The notes beneath the pieces were generated by a model. That model was not told the DNA's origin. It made no database searches and saw nothing but the letters and a program-made list of their open reading frames with translations. 64,000 nt of DNA, taken from Syntrophorhabdaceae bacterium. GTDB taxonomy: Bacteria; Desulfobacterota; Syntrophorhabdia; Syntrophorhabdales; Syntrophorhabdaceae. Positions 1-8,283 of the stretch are shown here, in pieces. Location of the stretch: assembly GCA_963665295.1 (NCBI GenBank), contig OY762209.1, positions 3,040,001-3,104,000 on the forward strand, in the 5' to 3' direction. The translations under genes and the position numbers were made by a program. Every line of letters starts with the position of its first letter. The first letter of the stretch is position 1.

Positions 1-2352
1 GAGGGCCGACCGGGCTGCGTCTATCGCCACGTTGCCGCCGCCGATAACTGCGACCTGCCCATCGACTTTCACTGCCTTTTTGAGGTTCAGGTTGCGCAGG
101 AATGTTGCGCCGTCAACAACGCCCTCGCTGTCATCGCCGGGGATGCCCAGCTTCTGGCCCTTGTGGGCGCCTGTTGCCATGAGGACGGCGTTATAACCGT
201 CGGAGAAGAGTTTTTCCATGGTGATGTCTTTTCCGATGGCCGTATTATATTTGATTTCCACACCCAGGTCGGTAACCGTCTTCACTTCGGCGCCGAGAAT
301 GTCTTTCGGCAGCCTGTATTCGGGGATACCGACTGCGAGCATGCCTCCGGCTACCGGCAGGGCCTCAAAGACCGTGACCTTGTAGCCTTTGCCCGCAAGG
401 TAATATGCTGCGGTCAGTCCCGCGGGACCTCCGCCTATGATCGCCACTTTCCCGTCCTTGGCTTCTTCCACCGGCGGACGATAAGGCGCAAATGAGTTCA
501 TATCGAAATCTGCGGCAAAACGTTTGAGAGAGCATATTGCCACGGGTTCGTCGACCTGCTGCCTGCGGCACTTGGTTTCGCAGGGATGGACGCAGACGCG
601 GCCGCATACGGCGGGGAAGGGATTACCTTCCTTGATGACCGCAACGGCGTCTTCAAAGCGACCTTCGCTGATGAGGGTTACATACCCCCACGCATTCTGG
701 CCCGCGGGACAGGCGTTCTGACAAGGGGCGTCGAAAAGTGATGAACATACCCCTGCGCGGCAGTGTTTGTCTTTTATGTGTTCCTCGTATTCATGCTTGA
801 AAAATCTCAAGGTCGAAAGCACGGGGTTGGGCGCGGTCTGGCCCAGGCCGCAGAGGGCCGAATCCTTGATCCTCTCTGCAAGCTCGATCAGTTTTTCTAT
901 GTCCCCTTCCTCACCTTTGCCCCGCACGATGCGGTTCAGGATCTCCAGCATTCTCTTCGTCCCTATCCGGCAGGGAGGACATTTCCCGCACGACTCATCC
1001 TGGATGAAGTCGAGAAAGAACCGGGCGAAGTCTACCATACAGGTGTCTTCATCAGCGACAATAAGGCCGCCGGAACCGACGATCGCGCCCAGTTCTTGGA
1101 CCGATTCATAGTCTATCGGCACATTCAGGTGCTGCACGGGGATACAGCCGCCCGACGGTCCGCCCAATTGAGCGGCTTTGAATTTCTTCTTGCCCTTGAT
1201 ACCGCCGCCGATATCAAAAACCAGCTCGCCGAGAGAGGTGCCCATGGGCACTTCCACCAAACCGGTATTATTTACATTGCCCGCGAGGGCAAAGACCTTC
1301 GTCCCTTTGCTCCGTTCCGTGCCGAAGCCGGCGTACCACTCAGCCCCCTTGTTTATGATGGCGGCGATGTTTGCAAATGTCTCCACGTTATTGAGCAGGG
1401 TAGGGGCATTGAACAGGCCCCGTACTGCGGGGAACGGCGGCCGCGGTCTCGGCTCGCCCCTCTTCCCTTCAATGGAGAACATGAGGGCCGTCTCTTCACC
1501 ACAGACAAAAGCGCCTGCCCCGATCCTTATATCGAGATCGAAGTCGAAGCCTGTCTCAAAAATATTCTTGCCGAGGAATTTGTATTCCCTTGCCTGCTTG
1601 ATAGCCCACGTGAGCCTTTCGATGGCGAGGGGATATTCCGCCCGCACGTACACGTAACCCTGGTGCGCCCCGATTGCGTAGCCGGCAATGGTCATGGCTT
1701 CAATTACGCTATGGGGATCGCCTTCGAGAACGCTCCGGTCCATGAAAGCTCCCGGGTCTCCCTCGTCCGCGTTACATACGACGTACTTTATGTCTCCCTC
1801 CGCCTTAAGGGCGAATTTCCATTTCATACCCGTCAAGAACCCGCCGCCGCCTCTACCGCGAAGGCCGGACCTCAAGACCTCGTCAACGACCTGGTCCTGG
1901 GTCATGGAGGTGAGCGCCTTGCCTAGTGCCAGATATCCGTCACGGGCAATATACTCTTCTATATTCAAAGGATTGATGACCCCGCAATTCCTGAGGACGA
2001 TCTTTTCCTGGTTCTTGAAGAAGTTGATCCCCTTCAGGGAGGGGATAGCCTTGGCTGTTATAGGTTCCTTGTAGAGCAGTCGTTCTACCAGCCTTCCCTT
2101 CAGGAGGTGCTCCGTTACTATCTCTGCCGCATCCGAGGGTTTGAGCTTCTGATAAAAAATCCCCTCCGGGTAGACAAGCGCCAGAGGGCCCAGATCACAG
2201 GAGCCGACACAACCGGTCTCAATGACCTTTACTTCTTCCTGAAGACCGAGTTCTATAATCTTGATGACAAAGGCATCCCTTATTTCCCGGCAGCCCGATG
2301 ATACACAGGCGGCACCGGCGCATACTAATACATGAGCGCGCACTAGCTCCAT
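1..2352 (-). CDS. NuoF/HydB-type flavoprotein fused to a GltD/NfnB-like Fe-S/FAD oxidoreductase domain (3' end outside the window)
   Basis: Absent from the ORF track because there is no stop in the window. Segments translated by hand from ATG 2352 (AGGAGG upstream): MELVRAHVLVCAGAACVSSGC, NADEGDPGAFMDR, GAFVCGEETAL, GGPSGGC, ESCGKCPPCR, HIKDKHCRAGVC. These are followed by APCQNACPAGQ, CGRVCVHPCETKCRR, IIGGGPAGLTAAYYLA and VIGGGNVAIDAAR, in frame to base 1. Confidence 0.9.
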   Translation of the reverse strand, partial: MELVRAHVLVCAGAACVSSGCREIRDAFVIKIIELGLQEEVKVIETGCVGSCDLGPLALVYPEGIFYQKLKPSDAAEIVTEHLLKGRLVERLLYKEPITAKAIPSLKGINFFKNQEKIVLRNCGVINPLNIEEYIARDGYLALGKALTSMTQDQVVDEVLRSGLRGRGGGGFLTGMKWKFALKAEGDIKYVVCNADEGDPGAFMDRSVLEGDPHSVIEAMTIAGYAIGAHQGYVYVRAEYPLAIERLTWAIKQAREYKFLGKNIFETGFDFDLDIRIGAGAFVCGEETALMFSIEGKRGEPRPRPPFPAVRGLFNAPTLLNNVETFANIAAIINKGAEWYAGFGTERSKGTKVFALAGNVNNTGLVEVPMGTSLGELVFDIGGGIKGKKKFKAAQLGGPSGGCIPVQHLNVPIDYESVQELGAIVGSGGLIVADEDTCMVDFARFFLDFIQDESCGKCPPCRIGTKRMLEILNRIVRGKGEEGDIEKLIELAERIKDSALCGLGQTAPNPVLSTLRFFKHEYEEHIKDKHCRAGVCSSLFDAPCQNACPAGQNAWGYVTLISEGRFEDAVAVIKEGNPFPAVCGRVCVHPCETKCRRQQVDEPVAICSLKRFAADFDMNSFAPYRPPVEEAKDGKVAIIGGGPAGLTAAYYLAGKGYKVTVFEALPVAGGMLAVGIPEYRLPKDILGAEVKTVTDLGVEIKYNTAIGKDITMEKLFSDGYNAVLMATGAHKGQKLGIPGDDSEGVVDGATFLRNLNLKKAVKVDGQVAVIGGGNVAIDAARSAL

Positions 2353-2367
2353 CGTTAAATCGCCTCC

Positions 2368-2868
2368 TTACTTGTATTGTTCAAGAATTTCCATAATTTT
2401 CGTCGTTTTTACCCGACCATACACGTCGCTGTCGACCAGCATGGCGGGAGCGAGACCGCACGCGCCTATGCAGCGGACTACGTCCACTGAATACCTTCTG
2501 TCTTCCGTGGTCGAGCCTACGTCCACATTCAGCTCTTTCTCTACCTTCCCGAGGGTTTGCTGACCGCCTCGTACGTAACAGGCGGTGCCGAGGCAGACCT
2601 TTATGCTGTGGCGTCCCTTGGGCACTGTGGAGAAAAAGGAGTAGAAGGTCACGACCCCGTATACTTCATTCCGGGAAACTCCAAGGCCTTCCGCTACTTT
2701 CTGCTGGACTTCGCGGGGGAGATATCCAAACAGGTTCTGCGCTTTATGCAGCGCCATAATCAGTTCCTCAGGTTTCCCGCGATGTTCATCGATTATCAGT
2801 TCGAGCCTCGGATAAAGTTCTTCTTCGCTTAATTGAGCGCATGTGCACTCATGGTTCTCATCGGACAT
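2368..2868 (-). CDS. hydC: NuoE-like [2Fe-2S] subunit (second HydC copy)
   Basis: FGYLP, VVTFYSFF, VCLGTAC and RCIGACGLAP motifs of NuoE/HydC. Confidence 0.9.
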   Translation of the reverse strand: MSDENHECTCAQLSEEELYPRLELIIDEHRGKPEELIMALHKAQNLFGYLPREVQQKVAEGLGVSRNEVYGVVTFYSFFSTVPKGRHSIKVCLGTACYVRGGQQTLGKVEKELNVDVGSTTEDRRYSVDVVRCIGACGLAPAMLVDSDVYGRVKTTKIMEILEQYK

Positions 2869-3042
2869 ACCGTTCCTCCTTTAATGCCAATTTGCCTTTG
2901 TCCGGATCACGTCGTTGCCCGGCGTCCGGGCCCCGTGCGGGCACTATATGATGCGCTGTGACCCGCACGAGGGCCGTCCGCCTCCCGGTAATCTCACTTT
3001 CCGGAAGAATCCAAACTGGTATGCTTTATAACCATCACCGGT

Positions 3043-4800
3043 TTACTCTGACACCACCTTCCCATCCACCTGACTCCTCTTATAATAGTGCGTATGAAGG
3101 AGGTGGTGAGCCTTACCGGAATAAGGTTTCTCAAGGTACTTCTCATAAATAGCCTTTATCGAGGGGTTCTGGTGAGACTTGCGAAGGGGCAGGGATTTGT
3201 CTTCCGCGTACAGCGTCTGACCCCTTCTGGCCCTTCTCGCCATATCGCTGCCCCATGGTTGGCCTCCTCCGCCAACGCAACCCCCGGGACATGCCATGAT
3301 TTCGATAAAGTGGTACTCGCTCTTGCCGGTGGTCGCCAGTTGTTCGGACACCTTGTCGAGAAGCTTTCTCGCGTTTCCGAGACCGTGGGCCACGGCTACT
3401 TTCAGTTTAAGGCCTTCCACATCCACCTCGGCCTCTTTCACGCCCTCCATGCCCCTCACTGCGAGGATGTCGGGGTTTTCAAGTTCTTTCCCTGTAACCA
3501 GGAAGTATGCGCTTCTCAGCGCCGCTTCCATAACGCCGCCCGTGGCCCCGAAGATCGTGGCCGCGCCGGTGTATTCGCCCAGAGGATTGTCGGCAGGCTC
3601 ATCCGGCAAATCTTTAAGGTCGATGCCCGCTTCCTTCAGCATCCGGGCCATCTCCCTGGTGGTCAGCACGTAATCCACGTCCTGGTATCCGCTTGTGTTC
3701 ATCTCAGGACGCTGGCACTCGAATTTCTTGGCGGTGCACGGCATGATGGAGACGGACACAATCTTCTCAGGCGGAATGCCTTTCAGTTCCGCGTAATAGG
3801 TTTTGGCCAGGGTGCCGAACATCTGCTGCGGTGATTTGGCTGTCGATGTGTTCTTGGCGAGATGGGGATAGAAGGTCTCGAGGAACTTTACCCACCCCGG
3901 AGAGCATGAAGTTATCACGGGAAGGTCCTTGTTTGCGACAATCCTGCCCACTACCTCGGTACCTTCCTCCAGTATGGTGAGGTCGGCGGTGAAGTTGGTG
4001 TCGAATACCGCGTCGAACTTCAAGCGCCGCAAAGCTGCGTGCATCTTGCCCGCCACGAGCGTCCCCGGTTCCATGCCGAACTCTTCGCCCAACATGGCCC
4101 TTACCGCGGGAGCTTCCTGAACCACCACATGTTTGTCCGGGTCGTTGAGGGCTTCCCAGACCTCTTCCACGTGACTCCTCTCGTAAAGGGCACCCACGGG
4201 ACAGTATACGGTGCACTGTCCGCAGTTTACACACACGCTGTTCCCCATGCCCTGATTGAAGGCGTCCGTGATCTGCGTGTCAAACCCTCTCTGGTCGAGT
4301 GCAAGGGCGTTCACGGTCTGTATGTTCGAGCACACCTGAACACATCTTCCACAGAGGATACATTTGTTCGGGTCCCTCACGATGGAGGGACTGCTCATGT
4401 CCACGGGCCTTCTCTGTTCGAGGCGGGGATAGGTGAGGGCATTTATGCCCACCAGATTCGCCACGTTCTGGAGTTCGCAATTCTGATTCTTTATACAGGT
4501 GAGACAATCCATATCATGGTTCGAGAGGATAAGCTCGACTATTTCCTTTCGCGCCATCCGGACTTTTGCCGTATTCGTGTGGATTTTCCACCCCCGCTCA
4601 AGACGGGTCATGCACGCCCTCTTCATGGCGGGAAATCCCTCGATTTCCACCACACAGAGCCCGCATGAACCTTCGGCGGTGAGGTCGGGGTTATGGCAGA
4701 GGGTAGGTATCTTGAATCCCACCATCCTTGCTGCTTCGAGGATGGTAGTCCCTTCCTCGACCTCGACATCTATTTTGTTTATGGTTGCTTTTATCGTCAT
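3043..4800 (-). CDS. hydA: Group A [FeFe]-hydrogenase catalytic subunit
   Basis: H-cluster motifs ITSCSPGW, SIMPCTAKKFE and EIMACPGGCVGGGGQP. N-terminal [2Fe-2S], His-ligated (NHDMDCLTC) and 2x[4Fe-4S] motifs are present. Start moved to ATG 4800 (AGGAGG upstream). Confidence 0.96.
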   Translation of the reverse strand: MTIKATINKIDVEVEEGTTILEAARMVGFKIPTLCHNPDLTAEGSCGLCVVEIEGFPAMKRACMTRLERGWKIHTNTAKVRMARKEIVELILSNHDMDCLTCIKNQNCELQNVANLVGINALTYPRLEQRRPVDMSSPSIVRDPNKCILCGRCVQVCSNIQTVNALALDQRGFDTQITDAFNQGMGNSVCVNCGQCTVYCPVGALYERSHVEEVWEALNDPDKHVVVQEAPAVRAMLGEEFGMEPGTLVAGKMHAALRRLKFDAVFDTNFTADLTILEEGTEVVGRIVANKDLPVITSCSPGWVKFLETFYPHLAKNTSTAKSPQQMFGTLAKTYYAELKGIPPEKIVSVSIMPCTAKKFECQRPEMNTSGYQDVDYVLTTREMARMLKEAGIDLKDLPDEPADNPLGEYTGAATIFGATGGVMEAALRSAYFLVTGKELENPDILAVRGMEGVKEAEVDVEGLKLKVAVAHGLGNARKLLDKVSEQLATTGKSEYHFIEIMACPGGCVGGGGQPWGSDMARRARRGQTLYAEDKSLPLRKSHQNPSIKAIYEKYLEKPYSGKAHHLLHTHYYKRSQVDGKVVSE

Positions 4801-4828
4801 GTGTCCTTGTAACCTCCTAAATGGTTTC

Positions 4829-6409
4829 TCACTGCACGTGAGCAACTATCTCATTCTTGAAATATTTCAGCGCGCTCGAGACAGGGAGGTAGAGGGACTG
4901 TCCGAGAGGACAGAACGACGTATCCTTCATTACCTCCGAGATCCGGAGAAGACCATCTACGTCACCCTTTGTCGCCGAGGATGAGGCCACGCGATCGATT
5001 ATCTCTACGAGGCGTGCGGTCCCGAGTCGGCACGGCACACAGTGGCCGCATGACTCGTGTTTGAAAAAGTGGAGCACGCTCTTCAGCATATCTACCATGT
5101 CGGCATCCTCGTCCATGACGAGTATCGCCCCTGAACCGAGGGCCGCGGAATATTCTCTCAAGTTGATAAAATCCATCTTTACATCAAGCATGTCCGGCCC
5201 CAGGAAAGCGCCGGCGGCTCCGCCCACGAGAGCGCCTTTGAACTTCTTTCCGGCTCTCATGCCTCCACCGTACTCGAATATGATGTCCCTGAGGGTGGTG
5301 CCCATCTCCACCTCAATAAGACCGGGTGTCGCCACATGGCCGAGGATGGAGTAGACCTTGGTCCCGGGACACTTCTCGGTGCCGTACTTCTTGAAGTTCT
5401 CGGCGCCGTTCAAGATGATCTCGGGTATATTCGCGAGGGTCTCCACATTGTTGACCACCGTCGGTTTGCCCCAGAGACCCGCGGTAATAGGGTAGGGCGG
5501 CTTATTTCGTGGATGGCCTCTTTTCCCTTCCAGAGATTCGATGAGGGCCGTCTCTTCACCACAGACATATGCCCCTGCGCCTTTTTTGACGGCCATATCG
5601 AAACTGAAGCCCGATCCGAAAATATTGTCGCCCAGGAGCCCGTAGCTCCGGGCCGCGATAATCGCTTTTTCAACCCGCTCGATGGAGAGGCCGTATTCTC
5701 CCCGGATATATACGAAGCCCTTGCTGGCTCCTACGGCATAGCCCCCGATGATCATGGCTTCCACGAGCTTGTGGGGGTCTCCTTCGAGGATCAGCCGGTC
5801 TTTGAACGTGCCCGGTTCCCCTTCGTCGGCGTTACATACGAGATATTTTTCCGGGTTCTCCACTTTTATGGCAAATTCCCACTTGAGCCCTGTGGGGAAC
5901 GCGGCTCCACCCCTTCCCGCCAGTCCGGCATACTTTACTTCAGCGACCACATCTTCGGGCTTCATGGAAGTGAGTGCCTTCCCTGCAGCCTCATAGCCTC
6001 CCGCGGCGATCGCTTCTTCTATGCTCTCCGGGTTGATGATACCGCAATTCTTGAGGACGATACGGGGCTGTTCTTTCAGAAGCCCTGTAGTCTCCTTTTT
6101 TACGACGGTGCGTTTCGGTATTTCGGTCAGTATGAGGCGGCCCACCTGTCTTCCTTTGAGCAGGTGTTCCTCCACGATCTCGGGAACATCCCCGGGAGTC
6201 ACGTTGGCATAGTAGATGCCTTCAGGGTAGACTACAAGCACTACGCCCTGATCTTCCACGCCCACGCTGCCCGTTTCGAGTACGGCGATCTCTTCCGCGA
6301 GTCCCTTGGCCGCTATCTCTCTTACGAGCGCATCCTCCACCGTCCTCGCGCCCGCGATCACGGTGTTGGCGTCAATACTTATAAGCACATGATTTCTCAC
6401 CATATTCAT
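4829..6409 (-). CDS. hydB: NuoF-like NADH/FMN-binding hydrogenase subunit, non-bifurcating type
   Basis: GRGGAAFPTGLKW, NADEGEPGTFKDR, GAYVCGEETAL, ESCGHCVPCR and FCPLG motifs. No C-terminal ferredoxin domain. Confidence 0.92.
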   Translation of the reverse strand: MNMVRNHVLISIDANTVIAGARTVEDALVREIAAKGLAEEIAVLETGSVGVEDQGVVLVVYPEGIYYANVTPGDVPEIVEEHLLKGRQVGRLILTEIPKRTVVKKETTGLLKEQPRIVLKNCGIINPESIEEAIAAGGYEAAGKALTSMKPEDVVAEVKYAGLAGRGGAAFPTGLKWEFAIKVENPEKYLVCNADEGEPGTFKDRLILEGDPHKLVEAMIIGGYAVGASKGFVYIRGEYGLSIERVEKAIIAARSYGLLGDNIFGSGFSFDMAVKKGAGAYVCGEETALIESLEGKRGHPRNKPPYPITAGLWGKPTVVNNVETLANIPEIILNGAENFKKYGTEKCPGTKVYSILGHVATPGLIEVEMGTTLRDIIFEYGGGMRAGKKFKGALVGGAAGAFLGPDMLDVKMDFINLREYSAALGSGAILVMDEDADMVDMLKSVLHFFKHESCGHCVPCRLGTARLVEIIDRVASSSATKGDVDGLLRISEVMKDTSFCPLGQSLYLPVSSALKYFKNEIVAHVQ

Positions 6410-6864
6410 AGGCTGCTTCTCCTTTCCTCCAGAACAGCATCAACCCTTTCCGGAGTAAGTTTCCCGATTGTTTCGTCATTCATCATGAGGGCCGGCGCGA
6501 CTCCACAGACTCCCAGGCAACTGGTCAGCTCAAGTGTAAAAAGACCGTCGGGGGTGGTCTCTCCCACGTCTATCTTAAGCTTCTGCTTCAAATACTCGAG
6601 AAGCGACCCCGAACCCATCAAATGGCATGGGGGCGATTCACAGAGCCTTATGATATAGCGGCCGCGAGGCGTCAGGCTGAACATCGTGTAAAACGTCGCC
6701 ACGCCGTGTACGAAACTGTAGGGCAGGTTAAGGTAGTCGGCGCACATCTTTATATCTTCCTTGGCCACGTAATGCTTCTCATTGTTGTCCTGAAGCTCAT
6801 GCAAGATATAAAGGATATTGTCCGCCCGGGGTTCAAACTTTTTAAGTATGGCTTCTCGATACAA
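6406..6864 (-). CDS. hydC: NuoE-like [2Fe-2S] subunit
   Basis: VATFYTMF, LCESPPC and SCLGVCGVAP motifs. Overlaps the hydB start by 4 nt. Confidence 0.9.
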   Translation of the reverse strand: MYREAILKKFEPRADNILYILHELQDNNEKHYVAKEDIKMCADYLNLPYSFVHGVATFYTMFSLTPRGRYIIRLCESPPCHLMGSGSLLEYLKQKLKIDVGETTPDGLFTLELTSCLGVCGVAPALMMNDETIGKLTPERVDAVLEERRSSL

Positions 6865-6878
6865 GATGTCACCCTCCT

Positions 6879-7238
6879 TTACTTTGCTTCGATTACGTAA
6901 TCCACGACGGGTCTGTTACCCACCAGATGCTCCTCAACGATCCTCTTCGCTTTCTGGGCGTCGATACTGCCGTATACAACTGCGGGCTTTCCTTCTTCAA
7001 AGACTTCTATCATGGGCTCTTGTGACGCGAGCCCCTTCTCACCTGTCTGGGTAACGACCACGTCCAGAAGGTTTCTGGTGCCGATTTCCTCGACGAAGGT
7101 CTTCAGTACTTCCCGCGCTCCGGCAGCGATACCACTCGTTCCCATTCCGACCACTACTTTGATCCGGGTCTTCTTTTGCCGCAATTCGATGTCTTTTTCC
7201 GCCTTTTCTCTAATCTTCCGAAGCTCTTCTAAGTTCAT
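6879..7238 (-). CDS. HydD/HndB-like thioredoxin-fold ferredoxin homologue with no cysteines
   Basis: VVVGMGTSGIAAGAREV, VTQTGEKGLASQEPMIEV and IVEEHL match the HydD/HndB pattern, but the Cys positions are S/E/A. Confidence 0.8.
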   Translation of the reverse strand: MNLEELRKIREKAEKDIELRQKKTRIKVVVGMGTSGIAAGAREVLKTFVEEIGTRNLLDVVVTQTGEKGLASQEPMIEVFEEGKPAVVYGSIDAQKAKRIVEEHLVGNRPVVDYVIEAK

Positions 7239-7263
7239 AGTGCCTCCCCTTGTACATGTGGCT

Positions 7264-7312
7264 AATTTATATAAACTACAGACAATTTATATAAATCGCA
7301 AGTTGTCGTCAA
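7264..7312 (-). promoter_or_regulatory. Sigma70-like promoter of the hydD-hydC-hydB-hydA operon, overlapped by two TTTATATAAA palindromes
   Basis: Minus strand TTGACG (7312-7307), 17 nt, TAAATT (7289-7284). AATTTATATAAA occurs at 7264-7275 and 7284-7295. Confidence 0.55.
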
Positions 7313-7318
7313 CGCCTC

Positions 7319-7336
7319 TTGTTAAAAATTTCACAA
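7319..7336. promoter_or_regulatory. Rex-like operator
   Basis: TTGTTAAAAATTTCACAA has one mismatch to TTGTGAA-N4-TTCACAA and lies just upstream of the predicted -35. Confidence 0.7.
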
Positions 7337-7437
7337 TACCTCTGCAAATTTCAAATACCTTTCCCTGCTTCAATGACTGCTTCCTCACTTGTATACAAAT
7401 AGCGTATTTTTTCTGCCTGCACCGAATGTACAAAACT

Positions 7438-7977
7438 TTATATGAAATGCAACTTTTCGTCAAGAAATTCTGTGAGAAATCTCACAACCTCCGGATGATT
7501 TACAGGCACCTCGCCTATGATCGTCTTTATTTCCTTTGTATACAAGGCGAACTCCTTTCCGTTCCCGCGGTAGATGAAAGAAAAGTCAACCTCGGGGTTT
7601 CCCACCACCAATACCATTATGGTATCCTTCAGATTTCCCAGGGGAGGCAGGTCCGGGTGGTCAAGCTGGAATGTCGCATGGATCCTGACGCCCTTGCCGG
7701 GCGTGCTTTTCAACTCGAACTCTCCTCCGCACGTCTCCGCCGTACCCTTGAGAAGGGGGATGCCGAGGCCCACCTTCTTTCCTTTCTTTGTGGAAAAGAA
7801 AGGGTCGACCACTCTTCTCACCGTCTCTTCGTCCATGCCCTTGCCATCGTCCTTGAACGAGAGGGAGAGGACGTTGCTCTTTCGATCCGCTTCAATAGTG
7901 ATGGCGATATTCCGGGCTCCCGCTGTCAGGGCGTTTGCCGCTATGTCGAGGACGTGGGCGCATATCTCTTCCATCAT
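7438..7977 (-). CDS. Stand-alone HATPase_c (histidine-kinase-like ATPase) of hydrogenase loci
   Basis: DIAANAL, FKDDGKGM, DPFFSTK, GLGIPLL and STPGKG boxes. No HisKA or sensor domain. Confidence 0.85.
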   Translation of the reverse strand: MMEEICAHVLDIAANALTAGARNIAITIEADRKSNVLSLSFKDDGKGMDEETVRRVVDPFFSTKKGKKVGLGIPLLKGTAETCGGEFELKSTPGKGVRIHATFQLDHPDLPPLGNLKDTIMVLVVGNPEVDFSFIYRGNGKEFALYTKEIKTIIGEVPVNHPEVVRFLTEFLDEKLHFI

Positions 7978-8283
7978 AGTATTATCGCTGTCCGCTTGAG
8001 ATATAGTATAGAAGCCCTTGTCATGTGTCTATCCGTAATACTACGTAATTCCCGCCACCAAACCACGTAAATGCAGACTGTTCCCGCCGATTTACCAAGC
8101 AACCTTCATGCCACGAAGGCATGCATTTGAAATCAGGAGGTTTATCTCGCGTATCGCGAGAACCCCTCATTATTCGTTGCATTTTATTGATGCAGTCTGT
8201 GCAATTATTATACAACTTTTTGTTGAAGTATTCCACTGGCTGCACCATGGTAGCCACTGAGTGAACATCGCGGTCACGCCCCG

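Noticed and set aside
763..1926. 387-aa plus-strand ORF
   Set aside because: Antisense shadow of the minus-strand HydB::GltD gene, which carries all the recognisable motifs.
5336..6658. 440-aa plus-strand ORF
   Set aside because: Antisense to hydB/hydC, with no motifs.
7012..8070. 352-aa plus-strand ORF
   Set aside because: Overlaps two convincing minus-strand genes and the promoter region, and is not protein-like.
8197..8215. Second Rex-like site CTGTGCAATTATTATACAA
   Set aside because: The spacer is one base too long and there are several mismatches.
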